This document shows, piece by piece, positions 18,588-25,944 of a DNA stretch of 32,941 nt. Each line of letters opens with the position of its first letter. The first letter of the stretch is position 1. The stretch comes from a virus (Duplodnaviria > Caudoviricetes). The notes beneath the pieces were generated by a model. That model was given only the letters and a program-made list of their open reading frames with translations, did not search any database and had not been told where the DNA came from. The position numbers and the translations under genes are program-made. The DNA lies in IMG/VR virus record IMGVR_UViG_3300012953_000104, positions 1-32,941 of that record; one strand, given 5' to 3'.

Positions 18588-19927
18588 TATGTATTAGCCT
18601 TTGGTGAATCAGTATCGCCTTGTGATGTAGCATCAGCGCCTGTATCTGGTTGTGTATGTTTGTGAGCTGTATGTGTTATAGTATTCACTGTTATTTCTCC
18701 AGCATCGTACACGAGCGCAGCCGTAGCGCACGTGAGCGTGTGAGTACCATCTATATCTTCTGTTAAGTTTCCAGTAGTACCGAACTTCATATTACCACCA
18801 GAAGCAACTGCATAATCACTTACTGAACTTTGTGAATATTTATTTCCAGCAAATAGATTTATATCATTATAAGATGTATTAGAATAATCATTTGTAACAT
18901 TAATAACATAATCATTTCCAATAGTAGTTAATGCATCGTTTGTTATATTTAAATTTAAATCATTTAATACGGTAAGATTATCATTAATACCAATATTAGT
19001 ACTTCTATTTCTTTGAATTTCTGTTTCGTAATTACCACCAATCTTAACTTGTTTACTTCCTTTTACGTTTATGGTATAATCTTTTTCTACTTCTAAATGA
19101 TAATTACCATATACCAATTGGCGAAGATCTCCATCAACGGTCATATTCATATTACCTTTTATATGGATATTTTTATCACTAAGGAAAACTTCATAATCCT
19201 TGCCAACTATTTTTACCTGTCTTGTTCCATCATTATAGATTTCTTCGTATGTTCCCGATGTGTGAGCTTTATTTAATCTTTCATATCCAGGAGTATCATC
19301 AACTTCTATTATATGACCAGATTCAGATTCGTTTACTTTATTATATGGATAACTAGGAATGTGACCGTTTAAAGGTTGTAATTGATTCCAAGTTTGTTCA
19401 GCATAATAAGTATCTGCTTGATCTGGTGCAACTGTTGTAACTTTAGGAGGTACTGCAGTTTTAATTGGATCAGTTGAATCACTTAGATTTCTTTTTTGAT
19501 ATGAACTACCGCTTAAATATGTTTCTTCTCTTCCAGATTTATTAACATCACTTTGGTCTATATATTCGCCACGTGGGAAATTAAGACCAGTAAATCCTTT
19601 TGATTTATCTACTGAAGAACTTTGTGAAGCTATTGAACCCATAATAACAGGATCTTGGGCACTTGGACCATCTCTAAAGAATCCAACCACCCATGAACCT
19701 TCCATTAATCCATGCGGGGTTTCACCTACGCCTGAGGTACCACTCGCTGTTGTTGGCATCATAACTGTTGCCCACGGAAGATCTTCTGTTGCTAATAAAG
19801 CTTTATTATCTGTATGGAATCCAAAACATCTAACTCTGCATCTATTCATTTCATCTGGGTCTGCACGATCTTCGACCACACCCATAAACCATGTAAAGGT
19901 TCCTTCTACAAATCCATCATCACGCAT
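18587..19927 (-). CDS. gp5: baseplate central spike gp5 (OB-fold plus beta-helix, no lysozyme domain)
   Basis: WFMGVVEDR.DP..M.R.RVRCFG.H...LPWA.V.MPTT...GSWV.GFFRDG..AQ.P.IMG, then YPYN.V.ESESGH..E.DDTPG.ER...H.SGT, then roughly 8-residue beta-helix repeats. Confidence 0.92.
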   Translation of the reverse strand: MRDDGFVEGTFTWFMGVVEDRADPDEMNRCRVRCFGFHTDNKALLATEDLPWATVMMPTTASGTSGVGETPHGLMEGSWVVGFFRDGPSAQDPVIMGSIASQSSSVDKSKGFTGLNFPRGEYIDQSDVNKSGREETYLSGSSYQKRNLSDSTDPIKTAVPPKVTTVAPDQADTYYAEQTWNQLQPLNGHIPSYPYNKVNESESGHIIEVDDTPGYERLNKAHTSGTYEEIYNDGTRQVKIVGKDYEVFLSDKNIHIKGNMNMTVDGDLRQLVYGNYHLEVEKDYTINVKGSKQVKIGGNYETEIQRNRSTNIGINDNLTVLNDLNLNITNDALTTIGNDYVINVTNDYSNTSYNDINLFAGNKYSQSSVSDYAVASGGNMKFGTTGNLTEDIDGTHTLTCATAALVYDAGEITVNTITHTAHKHTQPDTGADATSQGDTDSPKANT

Positions 19928-21228
19928 TATTCTTTCTCCACCGAATCTCTTTGTATATCCACTTTCATATCATAGGTATCACCAAACTTATGAACTACTC
20001 TTGTAACTAAATAAGTTCCACCCATATATTTATCAAGCATTACTGGCGGAAGTTCCGCATCTTCTATAGTGGTTGGTTTAATTGTATCTAGTTTAACCTT
20101 CATACCAACAGATAAACCAAAGTCACCAGTTATTCCTATTGAATGTTTATTATAAGTTAAAAGATTTAAATGTGCTTGAGATTTTAATATAGTAGTATTT
20201 GACGGGGCATGATAATTTTTATGGTCAGGAAAAGAATTAGCATTTAGATTTACAAAATAATTTTTACCTTCTTTTAAGTCAACTAAATTTCTATCCAAGA
20301 TTTTAGTATTATCACTAAATGGTTTACCCTTTGCTATTTTCTTAGGGGATTGTTTATCGTAACTATAAAATGTTTTCTTATATTCTTTCTTTGATACATC
20401 GAGCGTGTGGAGCGTGGCCGCGTACGCACCCGAGCCTATATCATTTAATTTACCCATATTTAATTCACTTCCAAATGCTATAACTCTTTTTCTTAATTCA
20501 TTATATGAACCAGCTGTACCGGTTCCATGTTTAAAATAAGGAATGAATTCATATGTTTCATATACATCTTCTTCATATAAGTTCTCTAATGAATTAAATT
20601 GTAATCCGTTTTGTAATGTTTCGTAGAAAAAATAAGGTGTTCCATTATCAAAAGCATTCTTTAATAACCAATTAATAGCTTGTATTGGTCTAATTGTTGG
20701 ATATACACCTTTAATAATATCCTTTGTATCACTATTAATAACACAGTTTTCTATCCTTAGGTCTTTATCACATATATCTTTTACTAACTTTCCTATTGAA
20801 CCCTGAAAAGATCTCTGTAATACTTTTGATTGATTATTATATAAATGTTCTGATACTAATCTAAATTTATAGAATTGTTTACCTGGTTGTTCTCTTACAA
20901 AATTAAATACTTCTGCAATATATAAAGTAAGATCAAATTCAGAAACAGTTTCTTCTGTTTCATCCATTGGTTCTCTTTTAATCTTTATAGTAACTTTTTC
21001 ATTACCCATCACCTTTTGCTCTTCGTAGAAGTTAGTAGCATCTTGTATGAATATTATTGCTTCTAGGAAAGGGTGATTAATATCTTCGTATAGCTCGATC
21101 TGTTGTACAAAAGCTTTTATCTCAATTTCTTTTTCTTCATTATTAAAAAATTTTACACTTTTTAATATATAAGAATCAGGTGCTACACTTCCACCGTCAT
21201 TTGTAACTCTTGTACTAGAACTAGGCAT
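19927..21228 (-). CDS. baseplate hub protein, gp27/GPD-like
   Basis: Lies between gp53 and gp5. I.LYEDI..PFL...I.I.D N-terminus, YFFYET..G..F.SLE.L, and C-terminal I.GDF.LSVG..V.L...D....G.YLVT.V.H.F characteristic of hub proteins. Confidence 0.65.
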   Translation of the reverse strand: MPSSSTRVTNDGGSVAPDSYILKSVKFFNNEEKEIEIKAFVQQIELYEDINHPFLEAIIFIQDATNFYEEQKVMGNEKVTIKIKREPMDETEETVSEFDLTLYIAEVFNFVREQPGKQFYKFRLVSEHLYNNQSKVLQRSFQGSIGKLVKDICDKDLRIENCVINSDTKDIIKGVYPTIRPIQAINWLLKNAFDNGTPYFFYETLQNGLQFNSLENLYEEDVYETYEFIPYFKHGTGTAGSYNELRKRVIAFGSELNMGKLNDIGSGAYAATLHTLDVSKKEYKKTFYSYDKQSPKKIAKGKPFSDNTKILDRNLVDLKEGKNYFVNLNANSFPDHKNYHAPSNTTILKSQAHLNLLTYNKHSIGITGDFGLSVGMKVKLDTIKPTTIEDAELPPVMLDKYMGGTYLVTRVVHKFGDTYDMKVDIQRDSVEKE

Positions 21229-22060
21229 TTAATATCTTCTCAAACTCATCTGCAAATTGATCTATGAATTTTGGATCTACCACTCTTATTCTGGACCTTT
21301 CCTCGTTTAATTCATTCACAAAAGCTCTGTTTGTTTTATAACTTAAATTAGAGGAAGCTTCTCCACCTTGTATGAACTTGCCATTTGTTACTTGTCTTTC
21401 TTCTTTATCTCCAGTAACAAAATAGTGATGTGGCGCTTCAGCATATTTAAATGCTTGATATGTAGCTACTGAATCCCCAGATGTTTGACCAATTAAATTT
21501 TCTGTACCTCCAGATATAGCATCCGGATCTCCAAGTGGTGCATTAGAATTTACATTCTGAATTACTAACTGATTTAAATCTACATTCTTCTTAGTAAGTG
21601 TTCCACTAAATCCAGATATAGAACCAGTGACAGTTTCACCTAGATTGAATGCTCCATTAGAAGCATTTGGAACTGAACCAGCAAGACTATCTTTAAATGA
21701 AGTAATAATATTATCTGTGTTTCTAATAATAACGGGATTTGTATTAATAACATATCCTTCATATTCAACCTCTAAGTAATCAAATAAATCTTCTTGACTC
21801 ATTGGCCATGATCTCATTCCATCGTGTAAAAAATCATTTACAATAAAGAATGTCCAATAAAAGTTTGGATTACCATATAACCTTTGTGAACATATATCTG
21901 GTCTTTCACCATTTATTACTTCATAAAATGTATATGATGAACTATTATCTACAAAATTTTGTAAAGGTCTAACACTTCTATAAATGTTAACTACGTTTTG
22001 TACCACTCCATTTCTTTCGAAGTCATATTGTACTTTAGGAAATTGTTGAAAAAATGCCAT
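21221..22060 (-). CDS. gp53: baseplate wedge subunit gp53
   Basis: FF..FP.V.Y, LysM-like Y.V..GERPD..S..LYG.P..YW.F..VN....WP, PHHY, and NE....I.V..P....QF..EF. Confidence 0.9.
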   Translation of the reverse strand: MAFFQQFPKVQYDFERNGVVQNVVNIYRSVRPLQNFVDNSSSYTFYEVINGERPDICSQRLYGNPNFYWTFFIVNDFLHDGMRSWPMSQEDLFDYLEVEYEGYVINTNPVIIRNTDNIITSFKDSLAGSVPNASNGAFNLGETVTGSISGFSGTLTKKNVDLNQLVIQNVNSNAPLGDPDAISGGTENLIGQTSGDSVATYQAFKYAEAPHHYFVTGDKEERQVTNGKFIQGGEASSNLSYKTNRAFVNELNEERSRIRVVDPKFIDQFADEFEKILNA

Positions 22061-22065
22061 TATTA

Positions 22066-22905
22066 TTACCCCTGATTACTAGCGGATTTACCAGATGAAT
22101 TTTGATTTGGATATGACCCTGGTCTACTGTAATCATATGTTGGGTCATCTTCACCTGTGCTATCCGTATAAAGATCGTGTCTTGTAAGCTGTTGAGCTTC
22201 TGAGAATTCTAAAGTTAAATCTGTAGAGGTTGGCTGACCATCTATGAAGAATGAATTACCATCTGGGTTTGCAGCTTCTTGTACTCCTTTTAAATAACAG
22301 TCGTGAATCATTGGCAAATGTTTATTTTCTTCTTCACCAATAAAGAATTGTATTTTAAACTTAGGTGGATATTTTAATGAGAAAGCCCCAGCAGCTTCTG
22401 GGTATAGATATTTTCTAAACCAGTTAACTATCTTTCTGGAATCTTCTGCTTCTTCTTTTGATTCTGGAACTAATTTAAATTGAAAACTAAATTCTCTTAA
22501 TGAAACACCTTCAAAAGCTAGTGCTGTTTGTGGATTAAAAGCTACACCTGCTTCCATTGCTGCTTTACCTGATGCACCGCCTACGTCTCCTGTTAATCCT
22601 TCAATAGCTTTTAAACCCATAACTGTTTGATCTGTACCACTAAATATATCTGCAGTTTTTGTAGCTGAGTTTGATTTCTTAGCTTCTGATACCATCTTTG
22701 CAGCATTTACCATTCCTAAATCTATACCTGTGTATGAAGCTCCATCTGATGAAGATATACCTGCAGGAGTAAATAAATGAATTCTTTCTATTTCTGATTC
22801 AAAATCTTTTTGTATGTGTTTACCAGTAAGAGAAAATCCAATATGATGGAATCCCTCATCGATCTTAGATCTTAGACTTCTTGGAAAAGTGATTATTTGT
22901 GACAT
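22066..22905 (-). CDS. gp48: baseplate tail-tube cap gp48
   Basis: I.L..P.......Y, G.AFNP.....FEGV.LR.FSF.FKL.P.S.EEA...KI...F, YP..F.I, C.L..V.....P.G, L.L.F.E...LTR. Confidence 0.85.
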   Translation of the reverse strand: MSQIITFPRSLRSKIDEGFHHIGFSLTGKHIQKDFESEIERIHLFTPAGISSSDGASYTGIDLGMVNAAKMVSEAKKSNSATKTADIFSGTDQTVMGLKAIEGLTGDVGGASGKAAMEAGVAFNPQTALAFEGVSLREFSFQFKLVPESKEEAEDSRKIVNWFRKYLYPEAAGAFSLKYPPKFKIQFFIGEEENKHLPMIHDCYLKGVQEAANPDGNSFFIDGQPTSTDLTLEFSEAQQLTRHDLYTDSTGEDDPTYDYSRPGSYPNQNSSGKSASNQG

Positions 22906-22912
22906 ATAAATA
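22905..22912 (+). promoter_or_regulatory. late promoter TATAAATA for the gp4-gp2-gp54-gp26 operon
   Basis: Exact motif about 35 nt upstream of the gp4 ATG at 22947. Confidence 0.8.
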
Positions 22913-22939
22913 CCTGTATAAAATTAATTATTATAGGTT

Positions 22940-22947
22940 TATTTATA
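22940..22947 (-). promoter_or_regulatory. late promoter TATAAATA for the gp48-gp53-gp5 operon
   Basis: Exact motif about 35 nt upstream of the gp48 ATG at 22905. Confidence 0.8.
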
Positions 22948-23402
22948 TGAGTTACAAAGGCAAATACACAATAAAAAACAAATCTAAGTATGCTGGTGAT
23001 GCTAGTAAGATAGTTTATCGATCCTTATGGGAAAGACAAGCATTTAAATGGTGTGAAGAGAATCCAAATATACGTTTTTGGAATAGTGAAGAAGTGGTTA
23101 TACCATATAAATGGCAAGTAGATGGAAGATTACACAGATATTTTGTTGATTTATTAATAGAAATGATGAATGGTGATGTATATCTAGTAGAGATTAAACC
23201 GAAAAAAGAAACAATTCCACCTAAATCTCCTAAGAGAAAGACAAAGAAACATCTAAGAGAAGTAACTACATACATTAAAAATACAGATAAATGGAATGCT
23301 GCTGCACAATTTGCAGAACATAAAGGGTGGAAGTTCCAGGTATGGACAGAAGATACTTTAAAGAATTTAGGTATCAAACTACTGTCAGGAAAGCATAAAT
23401 AG
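22947..23402 (+). CDS. gp4: head completion nuclease gp4
   Basis: MSYKGKY...N..KY.GD...I.YRSLWER..F.WC..NP....W.SEE.VIPY....DG..HRYF.D....LVEIKP....N..KW.AA......GW.F...TE. True start is the ATG at 22947, not the GTG at 22899. Confidence 0.93.
   Translation: MSYKGKYTIKNKSKYAGDASKIVYRSLWERQAFKWCEENPNIRFWNSEEVVIPYKWQVDGRLHRYFVDLLIEMMNGDVYLVEIKPKKETIPPKSPKRKTKKHLREVTTYIKNTDKWNAAAQFAEHKGWKFQVWTEDTLKNLGIKLLSGKHK
23394..23401 (+). promoter_or_regulatory. late promoter variant CATAAATA
   Basis: 5 nt before the gp2 ATG, the same geometry as at gp25. Confidence 0.6.
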
Positions 23403-23406
23403 TACT

Positions 23407-23994
23407 ATGGCAAGTTTATTTGATACTATACAAGCTCAAGCGTTCCGTGCGGGTGTGACCGCCCGAACAGAAGCTAGTAAAAGATGGTTTCAGGCAAACG
23501 TTAAAAAATTAGGGCAGGTTAATCGTACATCTTTATTGAAAGATGATGCTTTAGATCCTGTAAGTAAAACACTTTGGGGTAATATGTACATGTACTTTTA
23601 CGATCCAAAGCATAAAGATACATTACCTTATTATGATAGATTTCCATTAATGATAATGGTTGAACCAGCTCCAGGTGGATTCTACGGATTAAATTTACAC
23701 TATTTAAATCCTAAAGTTAGAGCTAAGTTCTTAGATGAATTAATGGCAACAGCGCCAAAAAAGATAACAGATAAGAGTAGAATAAGAGCACGATATAGTT
23801 TATTACAAAGCAGTAAGAAATTTAAAGAATTTAAACCTTGCTTTAAACATTATTTAACAGAACATGTTAAATCTAAAATAGTTAGGGTTCCAATGTCAGA
23901 ATGGGAAGTAGCTATATTCTTACCAACAGAACAATTTGTTAAGAAAGGTAAATCAGCAGTTTGGGCTGAATCAAATAAGATAGCTAGGAAATAA
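23407..23994 (+). CDS. gp2: DNA end protector protein gp2
   Basis: S..WF, G.MY.YFYDPK.K.TLPYYD.FPL, GF.GLNLHYL....R..FL..L, PC.K.YL..HV.S, W..A..LP...F.K......VW..S. Confidence 0.93.
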   Translation: MASLFDTIQAQAFRAGVTARTEASKRWFQANVKKLGQVNRTSLLKDDALDPVSKTLWGNMYMYFYDPKHKDTLPYYDRFPLMIMVEPAPGGFYGLNLHYLNPKVRAKFLDELMATAPKKITDKSRIRARYSLLQSSKKFKEFKPCFKHYLTEHVKSKIVRVPMSEWEVAIFLPTEQFVKKGKSAVWAESNKIARK

Positions 23995-23996
23995 GA

Positions 23997-24632
23997 ATGG
24001 ATATTGATAAATTAAAATCAACAATAGCAAAGAAAGGTGGATTAGCATTAGGAAATAGATTTAATGTTATGTTTGCCCCACCAGCGGTTTCTTTACTTAA
24101 TATTAATCCACAACAAATAATAGGTTCATTACTATCAGGTGGATTTAGTGCAGGTAATTTAATTAATGACCCTAGGGATATATCTATCCTATGCACATCA
24201 GTATCTCTTCCAGGAAGAAATTTATCTACATTCGACCACCAAGATTATAAACAATCAAACAAACACCCATATACATTTATAGATGATGATGTAACAATGA
24301 AATTCCATCTAACAAATGATTATTATATGAGAAATATGCTCGAGCAATGGCAGTCCGGCATATTTAATTCAGAATTATACGTCGCAGGATTTAAAAAAGA
24401 TTATTCTGTGGATATTATAATACAGCAATTAAACAAGAAGAATATTCCTGTTTATGGAGTTAGATTAGAAAAGGCTTTCCCTGTTTCATATGAAGCAATA
24501 GACCTAGCTAATACTAATGAAAATGCTGCAGTTGAAATGAGCGTAACTTTTGCTTACGATAGATTCGTACCTGAAGGACCTTTAAGTTCTACAGGATCAG
24601 CAATAAGAAGCGCATTAGATTTTATTACATAA
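23997..24632 (+). CDS. gp54: tail tube initiator gp54-like (gp19-fold protein)
   Basis: GGLA..NRF.V, C.SV.LPGR...T, PY.....V...F....DY..R...E.W...I, Y...DI.I.QL, L..AFP......L, ..VTFAY. Confidence 0.7.
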   Translation: MDIDKLKSTIAKKGGLALGNRFNVMFAPPAVSLLNINPQQIIGSLLSGGFSAGNLINDPRDISILCTSVSLPGRNLSTFDHQDYKQSNKHPYTFIDDDVTMKFHLTNDYYMRNMLEQWQSGIFNSELYVAGFKKDYSVDIIIQQLNKKNIPVYGVRLEKAFPVSYEAIDLANTNENAAVEMSVTFAYDRFVPEGPLSSTGSAIRSALDFIT

Positions 24633-24646
24633 TAGGAGAATAAATT

Positions 24647-25357
24647 ATGGCTTTGCCAGTAGTGAAAGGTTCACGTTATAAGACAGTAATACCGTCAACA
24701 GGAACCGAAATAGAATATAGACCTTATAACGTAAGGGAAGAAAAGATTTTAATGATAGCTTTAGAATCAAAGGATCAAAAGATGGTTCTAAGAGCGTTAA
24801 AAGATGTTATTGAATCATGTGTATATGAAAAAATAAACATGGACAATTTCACTCTTTTTGATTTTGAAAAACTCTTTTTAGCTTTACGTGCTAAGTCTGT
24901 AGGTGAGATCGTAGATCTAGAGCTTAATTGCCAGGACGAGGAATGCAATGCAGTGACCCCGGTATCTGTCAACTTAGAAGAAATAGAACTATCAAATCTT
25001 CCAGAAAGTAACGTTATTAATATAGATAAAGAGATAGGCGTTACACTCAGATTTCCTGGAATAAAGGACATCGAGACATATGATGAATCTCATCTTTCGA
25101 GTACGGAAGGTGCGTTTGATTTAGTTATTGATTGTATTGATACAATATTTGATGAAGAAGGTGTATATGATACTAAAGAAGAACCTAGAGAATCGGTTGT
25201 TGCTTTTGTTGAAGCATTAAGCAGTACTCAATTTAAAAAGATAGCTTCTTTCTTTGAAAATGTACCTACTTTAACTCATAACATAGAGTATAAATGTGTT
25301 AAGTGTAGTAAAGAAACTGAAATAGAAGTAAAAGGTCTACAAAGTTTTTTTACCTAG
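24647..25357 (+). CDS. gp26: baseplate hub assembly protein gp26
   Basis: MALP......Y...IPS.G..I.YRP..V.EEKILM.A.ES, FD.E.LFL.LRAKSVGE, F.E.L...QF.KI..FF...P.L, ending GLQSFF. SD AGGAG upstream. Two Cys pairs. Confidence 0.92.
   Translation: MALPVVKGSRYKTVIPSTGTEIEYRPYNVREEKILMIALESKDQKMVLRALKDVIESCVYEKINMDNFTLFDFEKLFLALRAKSVGEIVDLELNCQDEECNAVTPVSVNLEEIELSNLPESNVINIDKEIGVTLRFPGIKDIETYDESHLSSTEGAFDLVIDCIDTIFDEEGVYDTKEEPRESVVAFVEALSSTQFKKIASFFENVPTLTHNIEYKCVKCSKETEIEVKGLQSFFT
25345..25351 (+). other. candidate -1 ribosomal frameshift heptamer T TTT TTT
   Basis: X XXY YYZ-phased in the gp26 frame, one codon before the TAG stop. The -1 frame is the gp51 frame. Confidence 0.65.
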
Positions 25358-25548
25358 GCCTCTCGCATGATAGTCTTGTAAATCATTTCAAGACTAATTT
25401 TGCAATGATGCAGCACCACGGTTATTCGTTAACCGAACTTGAAGGTATGGTGCCATGGGAGAGGGAAATTTATATTGCTCTCCTGCAGGAACATATCCAG
25501 AAGGAGAACGAACGATTGCAACAGCAGCAACAAAAAATGAGGAAATAG
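25351..25548 (+). CDS. gp51: baseplate hub assembly catalyst gp51 (missed by ORF track; first in-frame ATG at 25405, or reached by -1 frameshift)
   Basis: Translates YLGLSHDSLVNHFKTNFAMMQHHGYSLTELEGMVPWEREIYIALLQEHIQKENERLQQQQQKMRK*. NF..MQHH.YSL.E.E.M.PWER.IY..LL is the gp51 signature. Confidence 0.88.
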   Translation, partial: YLGLSHDSLVNHFKTNFAMMQHHGYSLTELEGMVPWEREIYIALLQEHIQKENERLQQQQQKMRK

Positions 25549-25550
25549 AA

Positions 25551-25934
25551 ATGAATCAACCAAGTGGACAATTCCAAGGGGATATGGATCGTAATGAGGT
25601 CGAAATTGATCTTAAAAAGTTTATGGCTATGGTTTCAGAGATTGGGGAACTAAAGCAAGAGATATTTGAATTAACAACCAATGATAGAAAGAACCCATGG
25701 CAAAAATGGGTCTTTGCAGCTAAAACAGTAGATGCTTGGAGAATTATACCAAGATTATTCTTAGGGATATATATGTATCTTCTATATTATGCTACATTTT
25801 GGTTTATGGATTTACCAGAACCTTCGCTTGAACAATCAGGCTTAATCAGTATCTTAGTAGGTGCAGGTGCAGCATGGTTTGGGTTATATACATCAAGCGC
25901 AGCCAAAGAGCACGGAGATAGCAACCCTAACTAA
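25551..25934 (+). CDS. membrane protein with two predicted TM helices (127 aa)
   Basis: Start re-assigned to ATG 25551 (GAGG upstream, just after the gp51 stop). Hydrophobic segments IIPRLFLGIYMYLLYYATFWFM and GLISILVGAGAAWFGLY. Confidence 0.75.
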   Translation: MNQPSGQFQGDMDRNEVEIDLKKFMAMVSEIGELKQEIFELTTNDRKNPWQKWVFAAKTVDAWRIIPRLFLGIYMYLLYYATFWFMDLPEPSLEQSGLISILVGAGAAWFGLYTSSAAKEHGDSNPN

Positions 25935-25944
25935 GAGAAAGTAA

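Noticed and set aside
22899-22946. ORF-track GTG start extending gp4 by 16 codons
   Set aside because: It overlaps the gp48 start and both late promoters. The recognisable gp4 N-terminus begins at ATG 22947.
22947-23402. TnsA-like endonuclease suggesting a transposon or homing endonuclease
   Set aside because: Sequence and synteny with gp2 identify core gp4. No terminal repeats or transposase partners.
25355-25357. TAG readthrough or genetic-code reassignment at the gp26 stop
   Set aside because: In-frame readthrough hits TAA at 25379-25381 after seven codons, and gp51 is in the -1 frame. Other genes are intact under the standard code and several end in TAG.
25455-25550. ORF-track N-terminal extension of the membrane protein
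   Set aside because: This stretch is gp51 coding sequence in another frame. ATG 25551 follows the gp51 stop and has a GAGG upstream.
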